64,000 nucleotides of DNA from an uncultured Actinomycetes bacterium (GCA_963742735.1 CAVUMN010000004.1:576001-640000), one strand, 5' to 3'; positions 24,944 through 35,544 are shown, counted from the stretch's first letter. Notes: generated by a model from the sequence alone, not told the origin. Numbers and translations are program-made.

Positions 24944-26365
24944 GTGACACGCGCGGCCACTATCGGCGAGCTTCGGGCGAGCGGCTACGCCGATCGAAGC
25001 GTCAAGGAGGAGCTCCGCGCCAACCTCCTGGAGTGGTTGGGGCGGGGCTCCTCGCCGTTCCCGGGGATCGTCGGGTTCGACGAGTCGGTGCTGCCCGCTC
25101 TGGAGCGGGGCGTCCTGGCCGGCCACGACCTGATCCTGCTGGGGGAGCGGGGCCAGGCCAAGACCCGGCTGATCCGTTCGCTGGTTGCCCTGCTGGACGA
25201 GACCGCGCCTGCGATCGAAGGCTGCGAGATCTCCGACCACCCGTTCCGGCCCATCTGCGCGTCCTGCCGCGCGCGCGTCGAGGCCGACGGGGACGCGGTC
25301 GCGGTCGTGTGGATCGATCGCCAGTCGCGCTACGCCGAGAAGCTGGCGACGCCGGACATCTCGGTGGCCGACCTCATCGGCGACGTCGACCCGATCAAGG
25401 TCGCCGAGGGCCGCCATCTGGGCGACGAGCTCACGATCCACTACGGACTCGTCCCCCGAACCAACCGCGGGATCGTGGCGATCAACGAGCTTCCGGATCT
25501 GCCGGAGCGCATCCAGGTGGGGCTGTTCAACATCCTCGAGGAGCGCGACGTGCAGATCCGCGGGTACAAGATCCGGCTGCCGCTGGACCTGCTGGTCGTG
25601 GCCACCGCCAACCCCGAGGACTACACGCACCGTGGGCGGATCGTGAGCCCCCTCAAGGACCGGTTCGGGACGCAGGTCCGCACCCACTACCCCGAGACGG
25701 TCGAGGACGAGGTTCGGATCATGGTCCAGGAGGCGGCCGCGCCGGCCGCCGGCATCCCGGTGCACGTCCCCCGGTTCGTCAACGAGGTCCTCGCCGCGCT
25801 GACCGGCGAGCTCCGCCGCTCGCCCCAGGTGAACCAGCGCTCGGGGGTTTCGGTGCGGTACTCCATCGGCAACCTGGAGACGGTCGTGGCCAGCGCCGTC
25901 CGCCGCGCCGCGCGGCTGGGGGAGGCCGAGGCCGTTCCCCGCCCCGTCGACTTCCCGGCCGCCCTGGAGTCCTCGCTGGGAAGGATCGAGTTCGACACGA
26001 TCGAGGAGGGTCGCGAGGAGGAGATCCTCGGGCGGGCCCTGCGGCAGGCCGTCCTCGCGGTGTTCGGCAAGCGGCTGGGCGGCGCCGACCTCGGCGCGGT
26101 CCTCGACCGCTTCCACGAGGGACTCGTCGCCGAGACCTCGGACCTCACGCCGGCGAGCGGGTTCCTCGAGCAGTTCGGCCCGGTCCCCGGGCTGGCCAGG
26201 ATCCTCGAGCGCCTCGGGGTAGAGGAGGAGTCTCCGGGTGCGGCCGCGGCGGCGCTGGAGTTCGCGCTGGAGGGTCTGCACCTGACCAAGCGGCTCAACA
26301 AGGACTCGGCGGGCCGCCTCGGCGCCGTTCGCTACACCGGTCCCGACGCGACGTCTCGGGACTGA
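24944..26365 (+). CDS. Mg-chelatase ChlI-like AAA+ ATPase
   Basis: LGERGQAKT (Walker A), DLIGDVDPIKVAEG, INELPDL, ANPEDYT.RGRI..PLKDRFG. Confidence 0.92.
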   Translation: MTRAATIGELRASGYADRSVKEELRANLLEWLGRGSSPFPGIVGFDESVLPALERGVLAGHDLILLGERGQAKTRLIRSLVALLDETAPAIEGCEISDHPFRPICASCRARVEADGDAVAVVWIDRQSRYAEKLATPDISVADLIGDVDPIKVAEGRHLGDELTIHYGLVPRTNRGIVAINELPDLPERIQVGLFNILEERDVQIRGYKIRLPLDLLVVATANPEDYTHRGRIVSPLKDRFGTQVRTHYPETVEDEVRIMVQEAAAPAAGIPVHVPRFVNEVLAALTGELRRSPQVNQRSGVSVRYSIGNLETVVASAVRRAARLGEAEAVPRPVDFPAALESSLGRIEFDTIEEGREEEILGRALRQAVLAVFGKRLGGADLGAVLDRFHEGLVAETSDLTPASGFLEQFGPVPGLARILERLGVEEESPGAAAAALEFALEGLHLTKRLNKDSAGRLGAVRYTGPDATSRD

Positions 26366-26370
26366 GCCGC

Positions 26371-28305
26371 GTGCGCTTCCGGTACTCGGAATGGGACGGG
26401 ACCCAGGACCCCCTCGGGCCCGATCTGTCGGCGGCAGACCTGCTCGACGCGATGGGGGAGGAGATCCTCGCGGGAGGCGGCGCGGAGCGCGCGCTGTCGC
26501 GGCTGCTTCGCCGGGGCCTGCGGGGCCAGTTCGGGGGCCTGGACGCGCTCCGGGCCCGGCTGCGCGACGCCCGCCGGCGGCAGCAGGAGGCCCTCGACCT
26601 GACGGGGCCGCTCGAGGAGGTTCGCGAGCGCCTCGACGAGATCCTGGACCTCGAGCGCCGGGCGCTCGCGGCGCGGGACGACGAGGACGCGCGGTTCGGC
26701 GAGCTTCGCCTGGCCCAGCTGCCCGAGGACGTCGCCGGCCAGGTCTCGGAGCTGAAGGACTACGACTTCGCCGATCCTCAGGCCGCCGAGAAGTTCGACG
26801 AGCTGATGAAGATGCTGCAGGAGCAGGTGCTCGGCGCGTACTTCCGGCAGCTCGGCCAGAACCTGCGGGACATGACCCCGGAGCAGATCGCGCGCCTCAA
26901 GGACATGCTCGCCGAGCTCAACACGATGATCGACGCCCGGGAGCGGGGCGAGCACGCGCAGGCGCAGTTCGACGACTTCATGTCGCGGTACGGAGACCTG
27001 TTCCCCGACAACCCGAAGACCCTCGACGAGCTGCTGGAGAACCTCGCCCGGCGGATGGCGGCCATGTCGCGGCTGCTCGCCTCGCTGCCCCCCGACCGGC
27101 GGCGCGAGCTCGAGGACCTCGCGCGGCAGGTGATGGGCGACCTGGACCTCCAGTTCGAGGTCGACCGCCTGGCGTCCGCGCTGGCCGGCCGCTTCCCGGG
27201 GATGCCATGGGACGACCCCGCGTTCACCGGCGGGGAGGAGGCCATGCCGCTGCAGGCGACGGTCGACGCGATGGAGCGTCTCCACGAGTTCGAGGACCTG
27301 GAGCGGTCCATGCGCGGCGACTATGCGGGGGCCGGGCTGGACGACATCGACGAGGAGAGCCTCCGCCGAGCGATGGGCGAGGACGCCGTCCGCGACCTGC
27401 GCCGGCTCAAGGAGATCGAGCGGGCCCTGGAGCAGGCCGGCCTGTTGACCCGTGAGGGCGGGAGCCTGCGGGTCACCGCCCGCGGCGCGCGCAAGCTGGG
27501 GGAGCGGGCCCTGGTGAAACTGTTCGAGGCGCTGCGCCGCGACCGCGAGGGCAGCCACGCCGTGCGCGAGGCGGGGGGGGTCGCGGAGCCGACCGGCGCC
27601 ACCCGCCCCTGGCGGTTCGGCGACACCGGGCGGATCGACGTCCAGCGCACCGTCTTCAACGCCGTGTTGCGAGGCGGTCCGGGCGCGAAACCGCGGTTGA
27701 GCGCGGAGGACTTCGAGCTCGAGGAGGCGGAGACGCGGACCTCCACCGCCACCGCGTTGCTGCTCGACCTGTCGTTCTCGATGCCGCTGCGCGGACACTG
27801 GGTGCACGCGAAGCGGATGGCGCTGGCGCTGCACGCACTCATCGAGGGCCGCTACCCGCACGACACGCTGTACCTGATCGGGTTCAGCGACTACGCGCGG
27901 CGGATGGTTCCCGAGGACCTGACCGCCGCGGGGTGGGAGCGTGTCTACGGCACCAACATGCAGCACGCGTTCAATCTGGCCTCCCGGCTGCTGGGCCAGC
28001 ACCCGCGCGCGGCCCGGCAGGTGATCATGGTCACCGACGGCGAGCCCACGGCCCACCTGGAGGGCGAGGAGGTGTTCTTCTCGTGGCCGCCGGTCCCCGA
28101 GACGATCCAGCGCACCCTAACGGAGGCCGTCCGCCTGTCGCGCTCGGGCGTCACCCTCAACGTCTTCATGCTCGAAGACGAGCCGCGGCTGACGCGGTTC
28201 ATGGAGCGCCTCGCCCGCCTGACGAACGGACGCGTGTTCCAGATGGCCGGCGAGGGCCTGGGCGAGTTCGTCGTGCGCGACTACGTCCGCCGCCGGGCCT
28301 CCTGA
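26371..28305 (+). CDS. VWA-domain protein, partner of the AAA+ ATPase
   Basis: RYSEWDGTQ N-terminus, MIDAS DLSFSM, GTNMQHA, MVTDGEPTAH. Confidence 0.92.
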   Translation: MRFRYSEWDGTQDPLGPDLSAADLLDAMGEEILAGGGAERALSRLLRRGLRGQFGGLDALRARLRDARRRQQEALDLTGPLEEVRERLDEILDLERRALAARDDEDARFGELRLAQLPEDVAGQVSELKDYDFADPQAAEKFDELMKMLQEQVLGAYFRQLGQNLRDMTPEQIARLKDMLAELNTMIDARERGEHAQAQFDDFMSRYGDLFPDNPKTLDELLENLARRMAAMSRLLASLPPDRRRELEDLARQVMGDLDLQFEVDRLASALAGRFPGMPWDDPAFTGGEEAMPLQATVDAMERLHEFEDLERSMRGDYAGAGLDDIDEESLRRAMGEDAVRDLRRLKEIERALEQAGLLTREGGSLRVTARGARKLGERALVKLFEALRRDREGSHAVREAGGVAEPTGATRPWRFGDTGRIDVQRTVFNAVLRGGPGAKPRLSAEDFELEEAETRTSTATALLLDLSFSMPLRGHWVHAKRMALALHALIEGRYPHDTLYLIGFSDYARRMVPEDLTAAGWERVYGTNMQHAFNLASRLLGQHPRAARQVIMVTDGEPTAHLEGEEVFFSWPPVPETIQRTLTEAVRLSRSGVTLNVFMLEDEPRLTRFMERLARLTNGRVFQMAGEGLGEFVVRDYVRRRAS

Positions 28306-28311
28306 GCGGGG

Positions 28312-30789
28312 CTACTCGATGGGGGCGCTCCAGACGGCGCCCTCGCGATCCGGACCCCGAACTTCGTAGCCCACCACCAACAGGGTGCCCCCGCTCACGA
28401 CGGCTCCCCGGCCCGCCTGCTTGCCCGAGCCTCCGAGGACCGCGTCCTCGCTCGGCTGCTCCCAGGTGAGCCCGTCGGGCGAGAACCACACGGCGGCATC
28501 CTGGCCGTCGTCGCCAACCGCGACGAACCCGCCCTCCCAGGCGGTCACGAACCGCATCTCCTGGCCTCCCGGTTTCGAGAAGACCTGCTTCGCGACCCGG
28601 CGCCACGCGTGACCGTCGTCGGACGTCCACACGGCCGCGTCGGAGCCGTCGCCCCCCGAGTCGTAGCCGACCGCCACCAGCCGGTCCTCAGGCCCTGCCA
28701 CGATCGCGGCGATCTGCTGGTCGCCGGCGCCACCGAGGGCGGCCTCGTCGTGGGCGACGTGTTCCCATCCCTGGCCGCTCTCGGAGAACCAGACCGCCGC
28801 GTCGTCATCCCCCCCGGAGTCGTCGAATCCCCCGGCGACCAGGAGGTCGATGTCGCCGGCGACCGCCCGCAAGCGCTGTTCTCCCGGCCCACCGAAGACG
28901 CTCTCCACCGGATCGACCCGGAACCAGTCGGTGCCGAAGGTCGAGGTCCACACCGCCGCGTCGCCGTCGCCCCCGGACGTGTCGTATCCGACGGCCACGA
29001 ACTCCCTGGAGGTGGCGACCACCCGGTTCATCGTCTGCTCGCCGGCCCCTCCCAGCACCCCCGTGGCGTCCTCCACGCGCTGCCAGGTGAGCCCTCCGTC
29101 CGGCGATTGCCAGACGGCGGCGTCCCCCGCGTCGTAGCCCACGGCGAGATTGACGCTTTCCGTCAGGCCGGTGACTTGCTGGCGGCCGGGGCCTCCGAAC
29201 ACCTCCTCCTGATGGGGGACTCGGTCCCACCGGTTCCCGTCCACGGACCGCCAGATCGCCGCGTCCTCGTCGCCGCCGGAGGTGTCGAACCCCGCGCCCA
29301 CGTAGCCGGCTCCCCCCCGAACGATCCGCGTGATCTCCTGGTCGCCCTCGCCGCCGAGGGGCGGCGAGGTGATCCGGGTGAAGGCCAGGCCGTCCGTCTG
29401 TCCGGTGGGGGAGCCCGAGGGCGGACTGCCTCCGTCGCGTGGATCGGTTCCGTCCTTGCGGAGCAGCAAGAACGCCCCGGCGGCAACCACGACGGCGGCC
29501 ACCGCGCCAACCAATATCTTGCGTCCGGGGCCGGCGGTCGCGGGGGCCCGGGGCGGCGGCGGGCCGGTCCCATCCGCGGGCGCGGCCTTCGGAGTCGGCT
29601 TCGGCCCGCGCCGGGGGGCCGTCTTGGGCGGGGGCGGGGGCTCCGACCTCGCGGGAGCCTCCTGGGCCGAAGCCGCCTCGGGGGCGGCCTCCTCCGGCGG
29701 CGGCGAAACGTCGGCGGTCTCGGTGCCCTGCGCCGCGGCGGCGGCGACGGCCGCACCGAGAGCCACCGAGTGCTTCGGGTGCGCGTTCACGGCGACCGGG
29801 CGGCCGAGCTCGGAGGAGATCATCTGCGCGACCAGTGGGATCCGCGAGGATCCGCCCACGAGCAGGACGGCGCTCACGTCCGCGGGCAAGACCTTGGCCG
29901 ATCGCAGGGACCGGGAGAGGGCGGCGATGGTCTCGGAGATGGCCGGGCGGACCATCGACTCGAACTCCGCCCGCGTCAGCCGAACCTGGGTCTGGACGTT
30001 GGGCAGCAGGACGGGGATGGCCGCGTCGGTGTCCGAGGACAACGACTCCTTGGCGTCCACGCAGTCGCGTCGCAGCCGGGCCACGGCGGCGATCGCGCCC
30101 GGGTCGGTCGGGTCGAGCTCCTCGAAGGCCTTCCCCAGCGCCGTCCGCACGTGGCCGAACACGACCTCGTCGAAGTCGATGCCGCCCAGGCGCTCGATGC
30201 CCTCCGGCGTCCCCAGGATGCCGAACCCCGAGGAGGTCTTGCGGAGGACCGCGGCGTCGAACGTCCCGCCCCCCAGGTCGTAGACCGCGACGATGTCGCC
30301 CGGGGCGATCCGCTCGGTGGTGGCGTGGAAGATCGCGGCCGCCTCGGGCTCGGTCAGCGTCATCGCGTCGCCGATGTCCGCCAGCCGGATCGCCTCGGAC
30401 AGCAGGTCCTTCTTGAACGGGCCCCAGTTCGCCGGGTGCGTGATCGCGATGCGTTCGGGGTGCTCGCCCTCGCGCTTCGCGATCGCGTCAACGACCCAGC
30501 GCATGAGCTTGCCGGTGAGGGCCTCGGCCGAGAACGGCGTTCCCCCGAGCAGCAGAGGTGTGGGGTCCCCGACGCGGCGCTTGAACTCGCGGGCCACGCG
30601 GCCCGGGTCCGTGGACGCCCGGTGCTCCGCGGCTTCCCCGATCAGGAACGAGCCGTCCTCGCGGAGGTACAGGACCGAGGGGATCGAGGCCGCGCGGCTG
30701 CCGAGGGTCGCGGCCTCGACGCGGCCGTCACGCGCGACGGCCGCCGCGGTGAAGGTCGTGCCGATGTCGATGCCGAGCTGATACGCCAT
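28312..30789 (-). CDS. Hsp70-family NBD fused to TM helix and Asp-box beta-propeller
   Basis: GIDIGTT, EPEAAA, YDLGGGTFD, LGGIDFD, LVGGSSRIP; Pro-rich linker; TM ILVGAVAAVVVAAGAFLLL; about 7 repeats with DAAVWxSxDGxxW. Confidence 0.9.
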   Translation of the reverse strand: MAYQLGIDIGTTFTAAAVARDGRVEAATLGSRAASIPSVLYLREDGSFLIGEAAEHRASTDPGRVAREFKRRVGDPTPLLLGGTPFSAEALTGKLMRWVVDAIAKREGEHPERIAITHPANWGPFKKDLLSEAIRLADIGDAMTLTEPEAAAIFHATTERIAPGDIVAVYDLGGGTFDAAVLRKTSSGFGILGTPEGIERLGGIDFDEVVFGHVRTALGKAFEELDPTDPGAIAAVARLRRDCVDAKESLSSDTDAAIPVLLPNVQTQVRLTRAEFESMVRPAISETIAALSRSLRSAKVLPADVSAVLLVGGSSRIPLVAQMISSELGRPVAVNAHPKHSVALGAAVAAAAAQGTETADVSPPPEEAAPEAASAQEAPARSEPPPPPKTAPRRGPKPTPKAAPADGTGPPPPRAPATAGPGRKILVGAVAAVVVAAGAFLLLRKDGTDPRDGGSPPSGSPTGQTDGLAFTRITSPPLGGEGDQEITRIVRGGAGYVGAGFDTSGGDEDAAIWRSVDGNRWDRVPHQEEVFGGPGRQQVTGLTESVNLAVGYDAGDAAVWQSPDGGLTWQRVEDATGVLGGAGEQTMNRVVATSREFVAVGYDTSGGDGDAAVWTSTFGTDWFRVDPVESVFGGPGEQRLRAVAGDIDLLVAGGFDDSGGDDDAAVWFSESGQGWEHVAHDEAALGGAGDQQIAAIVAGPEDRLVAVGYDSGGDGSDAAVWTSDDGHAWRRVAKQVFSKPGGQEMRFVTAWEGGFVAVGDDGQDAAVWFSPDGLTWEQPSEDAVLGGSGKQAGRGAVVSGGTLLVVGYEVRGPDREGAVWSAPIE

Positions 30790-30857
30790 GCGGGGCGCAT
30801 TGTCGCAGGACGGCTCCGCCCTTGACGGAGTCGCGAGGCCGCGGGCATCCTCGGCCG

Positions 30858-32681
30858 GTGGATCGGGCCGACGCAGCGACGGACGGGCATGTCGACGAGG
30901 CCCGTGACCTCCTCGCCGCCGCGACGAGGGCGGCGCGGGCGCACGACCGCGCAGACCTCGCCGAGCGCGTGGGTGAGGCCGCTCGCCGCCTCGCCGAGCC
31001 CCGCACGCGGGTGGCCGTGGTCGGCGAGTACAAGCAGGGGAAGAGCTCGCTGGTCAACCTGCTGCTCGAGCAGCCCGTGGTTTCCGTCGACGACGACGCC
31101 TCCACGGCCGTTCCCACCCTGATCCGGTTCGGCGAGCGGGCCGCGGCGGCGGTGGTGACCCGCCGGTCGGAGGACTCGGACGACGCCGAGCGCCGGGAGG
31201 TGCCCGTCGACCGTCTGGCCGAGCATTCCTCGGAGGGCGGCGACCCCGCACGCCGAGCGTCGATCGAGGTGTCGGTCCCCCGTGACCTGCTCGCCTCCGG
31301 GATCGAGCTGGTGGACATGCCGGGGGTGGGCGGCCTCGCCTCGCCGACCGCCGCCGGAACGGTCGCCGGGGTGGCGGCGTCCGACGCCGTGCTCTTCGTC
31401 AGCGACGCCTCCCAGGAGCTCACCGCGCCCGAGCTCGAGTTCCTGCGCGCCGTCGGGAAGCTCGGCCCGGACGTCGTCCTGGTCCTGACGAAGGTCGACC
31501 TGTACCCGGAGTGGCGCCGGATCCTGGAGCTCGACGAGGGCCACCTTCGCGCGGCCGCCATCGCCGCCCAGGCGGTCCCGGTCTCGGGCGCGCTTCGGGC
31601 CCGAGCCCTGGAGTCCTCGGATGCGGGCGTCGACGCCGAGTCGGGCTACCCGGCCCTGGTGGCGCGCCTGGGTGCGATGGTCGCGGGGGCGCGCGATCGC
31701 TCGATCCGCGCCGCCGCCCGGTCGGCGGTGGCCGTGAGCGAACAGCTCCGGGGGCCGCTCCAGGCGGAGCGCTCGGCGCTGGCGGACCCCGGCGCGGCGC
31801 GAGCGCTCCGGGACCGGCTGGATGGGGCTCGGCGGGAGGCGGAGGCGCTGCAGGACGACGCCTCGGGATGGCAGCGACTCCTGGCCGACGGCGTGGCCGA
31901 CCTGGCCAGCGACGCCGAGCACGACTTTCAGGCCCGGTGCCGGACGGTCGTGAAGGAGGCCGAGGCGGCGATCGCCGACGGGTCGGCCGACGCGTGGGAG
32001 CCGTTCGAGGCCTGGCTCTACCACCGCGTCACCGCCGAGGTGGTCGCGAGCTTCCTGGCGCTGGCCTCCCGGGCGAACGAGCTGGGGGCCGCCGTGGCCG
32101 AGCGGTTCGGCGCGTCCGCCCCCGAGAACCTGCCGGTCGAGAGCGAGGAGCAGGTCCGCGCCGGCCTGGAGGAGCTCCAGGCCACCGTGGCCCGGCTGGA
32201 CACCGAGACCCTCGCCGGCCACGCGACCGTGGCCGTGCAGAACGGTCTGGACGGCGGCATGTTGCTCGGCTCGTTCGCCGGGCTTGCGGGGATCGTGATG
32301 ATCCCGATCTCGATCGGGTTCGGGCTGCTCCTGGGTTGGAAGGCCGTGTCCGGACGGCGGAAGGCGGAGCTCGAGGCCCGCCGTCAGGAGGCGCGCAACG
32401 CCGTCGCGCGCTACGTCGAGGAGGTCACCTTCCGGGTCGGCAAGGAGTCCCGGGACACCGTCCGGCGCATCGAGCGAGCCCTCCGCGACGCCTTCGTGGA
32501 GCGCGCCGACGAGGCGCGTCGCTCTGCCGACGAGGCCTGGGCTGCGGCCGAGCGGGCCGCGGGGGCGGGGGAGGCCGACCGCGCGAGCCGGCTGCCGGCC
32601 GTGGAGGCGGGCCTGGCGGAGCTCGACGCGATCCGGGCGCGGGGCGTGGCCCTGCTCGACGCCCTCCCGGAGACCCCATGA
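30858..32681 (+). CDS. Bacterial dynamin-like GTPase (IniA-like)
   Basis: GEYKQGKS, DMPG, TKVDLYPEWRRI; coiled coils and hydrophobic paddle. Confidence 0.88.
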   Translation: MDRADAATDGHVDEARDLLAAATRAARAHDRADLAERVGEAARRLAEPRTRVAVVGEYKQGKSSLVNLLLEQPVVSVDDDASTAVPTLIRFGERAAAAVVTRRSEDSDDAERREVPVDRLAEHSSEGGDPARRASIEVSVPRDLLASGIELVDMPGVGGLASPTAAGTVAGVAASDAVLFVSDASQELTAPELEFLRAVGKLGPDVVLVLTKVDLYPEWRRILELDEGHLRAAAIAAQAVPVSGALRARALESSDAGVDAESGYPALVARLGAMVAGARDRSIRAAARSAVAVSEQLRGPLQAERSALADPGAARALRDRLDGARREAEALQDDASGWQRLLADGVADLASDAEHDFQARCRTVVKEAEAAIADGSADAWEPFEAWLYHRVTAEVVASFLALASRANELGAAVAERFGASAPENLPVESEEQVRAGLEELQATVARLDTETLAGHATVAVQNGLDGGMLLGSFAGLAGIVMIPISIGFGLLLGWKAVSGRRKAELEARRQEARNAVARYVEEVTFRVGKESRDTVRRIERALRDAFVERADEARRSADEAWAAAERAAGAGEADRASRLPAVEAGLAELDAIRARGVALLDALPETP

Positions 32682-34132
32682 GCGCCTCCCGCGCGATCGA
32701 CGGCGTCCGGACCCTGCTCGCCTCGGCCCGGGCGGGCGACGATCCGGCGCCCGCGCTGGACGCCATCGCGGAGCGGCTCGACGAACCGCTGCGACTGGCC
32801 ATCGCGGGTCGCGTCAAGGCCGGCAAGTCCACGCTCCTCAACGCGCTTGTCGGGCAGGCCCTGGCGCCGACGGACGCCGGCGAGTCCACGCGGATCGTCA
32901 CCTGGTATCGAGACGGCCCCACGTACCGGGCCACCCTGTATCCGCGGCAGGGGCCGCCCCGTCAGGCCCCGTTCCGCGCGGGCGGCGTCGGGGCGGACGT
33001 GGACCTCGGGACGCTCGGCGCCGAGGACGTGGAGCGGCTGGTGGTCGAGTGGCCCTCGGCGGCGCTCCGGGAGACCACGCTGATCGACACGCCGGGACTC
33101 GCCTCGGTCTCGGGGGTGGCCGCCACCACGACGCTGCCGTTCCTCACTCCGGAAGACGGTGACGCCCAGGCCGACGCGGTCCTCTACCTGTTGCGGCACG
33201 TACACCCGGCCGATCTCCAGTTCCTGGAGGCGTTCCATCAGGAGCGCTCCGCGATCTCGCCGGCGAACGCGGTCGGCGTACTGTCCCGCGCGGACGAGGT
33301 GGCGGGCGGACGCGCCGACGCGATCGACGTCGCGCGCCGAACCGCCGAGCGCTACCAGCAGGACCCAAGGCTCCGGCGTCTGTGCGGCGTGGTCGTGCCG
33401 GTGGCCGGGCTGCTCGCCGAGGGCGCGGCCACGATGCAGGAATCGGAGTTCGAGGCCCTCGCGCACCTGGCGAAGCTGCCGGCGGAGGCGACCGACGAGC
33501 TGCTGCTCTCCGTGGACCGCTTCGGCGCCTCTGACGCGCCGGCGGAGCCGGGACGGGCGTCGCGGGCGGCGCTGCTCTCGCGCCTGGGCATCTTCGGGGT
33601 CCGGCGCTCGATCGGCCTGATCCGCGCGGGCGTGTCGAGCTCGGTCGACCTGGCCGCCCAGTTGGCCGAGGACAGCGGCATCAACGAGCTCCGCCGGGTG
33701 CTGGCCTCGGCGATCGCCGCCCGGGCCGGCACGCTCAAGGCGCGCTCCGCGCTGGCGGCGCTGGAAGGGATCGCGCTGGCGAGCTCGGCGAACGGATCCG
33801 AGGACCTGCTCCGCGAGGTCGAGCGCCTGCAGTCCGGCGCGCACGAGTTCGTGGAGATCGAGCTGCTCGGGGCGCTGCGGGCGGGGGCGATCACTCTGCC
33901 CGGTGATCGAGGACCCGAGGCCGAGCGGCTCCTGGGAGCCGCGGGCGGCTCCGCGGCAGGGCGCCTCGGCCTGCCGGAGGACGCGCCGGCCGACCGGGTA
34001 CGGGTCGCGGCGGTCGAGGCGGTGGCCCGCTGGCGCGAGCTGGGGGAGAGCCCGCTCGCCTCTCCGCAGGTCGCCGAGGTGGCCCGCTCGGTGGTCCGCA
34101 CCTGCGAGGGCCTCGTGGCGGAGCTCGCGTGA
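32678..34132 (+). CDS. Bacterial dynamin-like GTPase (IniC-like)
   Basis: GRVKAGKSTLLNAL, APTDAGE.T, DTPG, SRADE, SGINELR, HEFVE; ATGA overlap. Confidence 0.88.
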   Translation: MSASRAIDGVRTLLASARAGDDPAPALDAIAERLDEPLRLAIAGRVKAGKSTLLNALVGQALAPTDAGESTRIVTWYRDGPTYRATLYPRQGPPRQAPFRAGGVGADVDLGTLGAEDVERLVVEWPSAALRETTLIDTPGLASVSGVAATTTLPFLTPEDGDAQADAVLYLLRHVHPADLQFLEAFHQERSAISPANAVGVLSRADEVAGGRADAIDVARRTAERYQQDPRLRRLCGVVVPVAGLLAEGAATMQESEFEALAHLAKLPAEATDELLLSVDRFGASDAPAEPGRASRAALLSRLGIFGVRRSIGLIRAGVSSSVDLAAQLAEDSGINELRRVLASAIAARAGTLKARSALAALEGIALASSANGSEDLLREVERLQSGAHEFVEIELLGALRAGAITLPGDRGPEAERLLGAAGGSAAGRLGLPEDAPADRVRVAAVEAVARWRELGESPLASPQVAEVARSVVRTCEGLVAELA

Positions 34133-35157
34133 GGGCCCGATCGCGGTTCCCGGCGGCGATGCTCGCGACGATCCTCGCGGTGGCCCTCGTCGCGTGCTCG
34201 GGGTCGCCCGACCAGCGACCATCCCTGGGCCCCTCCGAGCTCTCGCCGTCCGTCCCTCCGGTCGAGCTGACGTGCCCGCCGGCGGGACCGGCCGCCGGGA
34301 CCGGGTCCTGGCAGACCCACGAGGCGCTGAGCGGAGCGTTCACGTTCGACTACCCGTCGGGCTGGACCGACGAGAGCGGGGACATCGGGACCCGGCCGGC
34401 GGACCTCCTGGCGCCGGAGACCATCCGCGAGCTCGGCCTGGACGACGAACCGGTCGACGCCGACGTGGTCCAGGATCCGGCGGCCGACGACAACCTGGGC
34501 GCGTTCCAGGTGCGCGGCGGGGACCTGGACACGGCGACGGTCTACGCGCGCCAGGAGGATCTCGTCGACGCGTTCGTCAACTTCGAGATCACGAAGTCCG
34601 ATCTGGAGGCGTGCGTCGGTGGAACGCCGGCGCTCGGGCTCGAGATCTCCGGCGAGCGCTCGCCCGGCGCGGGCACGCGCGTCCAGCACCTGTTCTATCT
34701 GGTCCGCGACGGCGTGCTGTACGTGCTGTACGTCGACGCCGCCGACCAGGCCGGCGTGACGACCTTCCACAAGGTCTTGCGGACCTGGGCGTGGACGGAG
34801 GAGGCGGCGTCGCCGGACGGCGCCGCGGTCTCCTTCCGCCTGACGGGCACGACGCAGCAGATCGATCCCGACGCGGACAAGCCCGACGGCTTCACCTTCT
34901 CGGAGACGTTCCCGGCCGACGCCCAGCGCGTCTACGTCGTGTACATGTGCGTGGGCGGCGACGCGAACGTGAAGGCCACGTTCGCCCGCGAGGGGACCGT
35001 CGTCGGCGAGGGCGCGCAGCGAACACCCCGGGGCAACTGGGGGTTCTTCTTCCTCCCCGCGCCGGAGGGCGGGTTCCGGCCCGGCGAGTACCAGATCCAG
35101 CTGGAGATCCAGGGGACCGAGGTCGTCGAGCAACTGGAGTTCCGGATCGAGGCGTGA
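34129..35157 (+). CDS. Lipoprotein (PsbP/LpqN-like domain plus Ig-like domain)
   Basis: Lipobox LVAC; FTFDYPSGW; C-terminal PGEYQIQL beta-sandwich; GTGA overlap with the dynamin gene. Confidence 0.75.
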   Translation: MRARSRFPAAMLATILAVALVACSGSPDQRPSLGPSELSPSVPPVELTCPPAGPAAGTGSWQTHEALSGAFTFDYPSGWTDESGDIGTRPADLLAPETIRELGLDDEPVDADVVQDPAADDNLGAFQVRGGDLDTATVYARQEDLVDAFVNFEITKSDLEACVGGTPALGLEISGERSPGAGTRVQHLFYLVRDGVLYVLYVDAADQAGVTTFHKVLRTWAWTEEAASPDGAAVSFRLTGTTQQIDPDADKPDGFTFSETFPADAQRVYVVYMCVGGDANVKATFAREGTVVGEGAQRTPRGNWGFFFLPAPEGGFRPGEYQIQLEIQGTEVVEQLEFRIEA

Positions 35158-35195
35158 GGCCCGCCTGATCACGCGGCCCGGCCTATCATCGAACC

Positions 35196-35483
35196 GTGGG
35201 CACGCTCATCCTGATCCTGCTTCTGCTCGCCGCGCTGACCGGCGTGTTCTGGACCGTCCTGAAGGTCACCGCGATCGCGATCCTCACCACGATCCTCACG
35301 ATCATGGTGCTGGTCTGGATCGGGGTCTGGCTCATGAAGCGGCGGTTCAACCGGTTCGTGAACGACCCGCGCGTCCAGGAGCAGGTCCGCCGGTATCGGG
35401 AGGGTGACGGCGGCCCATCCGGCCACGGCGGCGCCATCCCCGCGCAGGGCTGGAAGAAGCCCGAGGAGCCCCCGCCGGGCTGA
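35196..35483 (+). CDS. Small two-TM membrane protein
   Basis: Hydrophobic N-terminal half; TATCAT -10 box 6 nt before the GTG. Confidence 0.75.
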   Translation: MGTLILILLLLAALTGVFWTVLKVTAIAILTTILTIMVLVWIGVWLMKRRFNRFVNDPRVQEQVRRYREGDGGPSGHGGAIPAQGWKKPEEPPPG

Positions 35484-35544
35484 GTGGTACAGTCCCAAAC
35501 CCCGCGCACCGGAAGCCTCCGGCGCGCCACCGAAGGAGTTGTGA

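Noticed and set aside
24944-28305. Chlorophyll-type magnesium chelatase or phototrophy
   Set aside because: This AAA+/VWA pair is widespread in non-phototrophs; no chlH/bch genes in the window.
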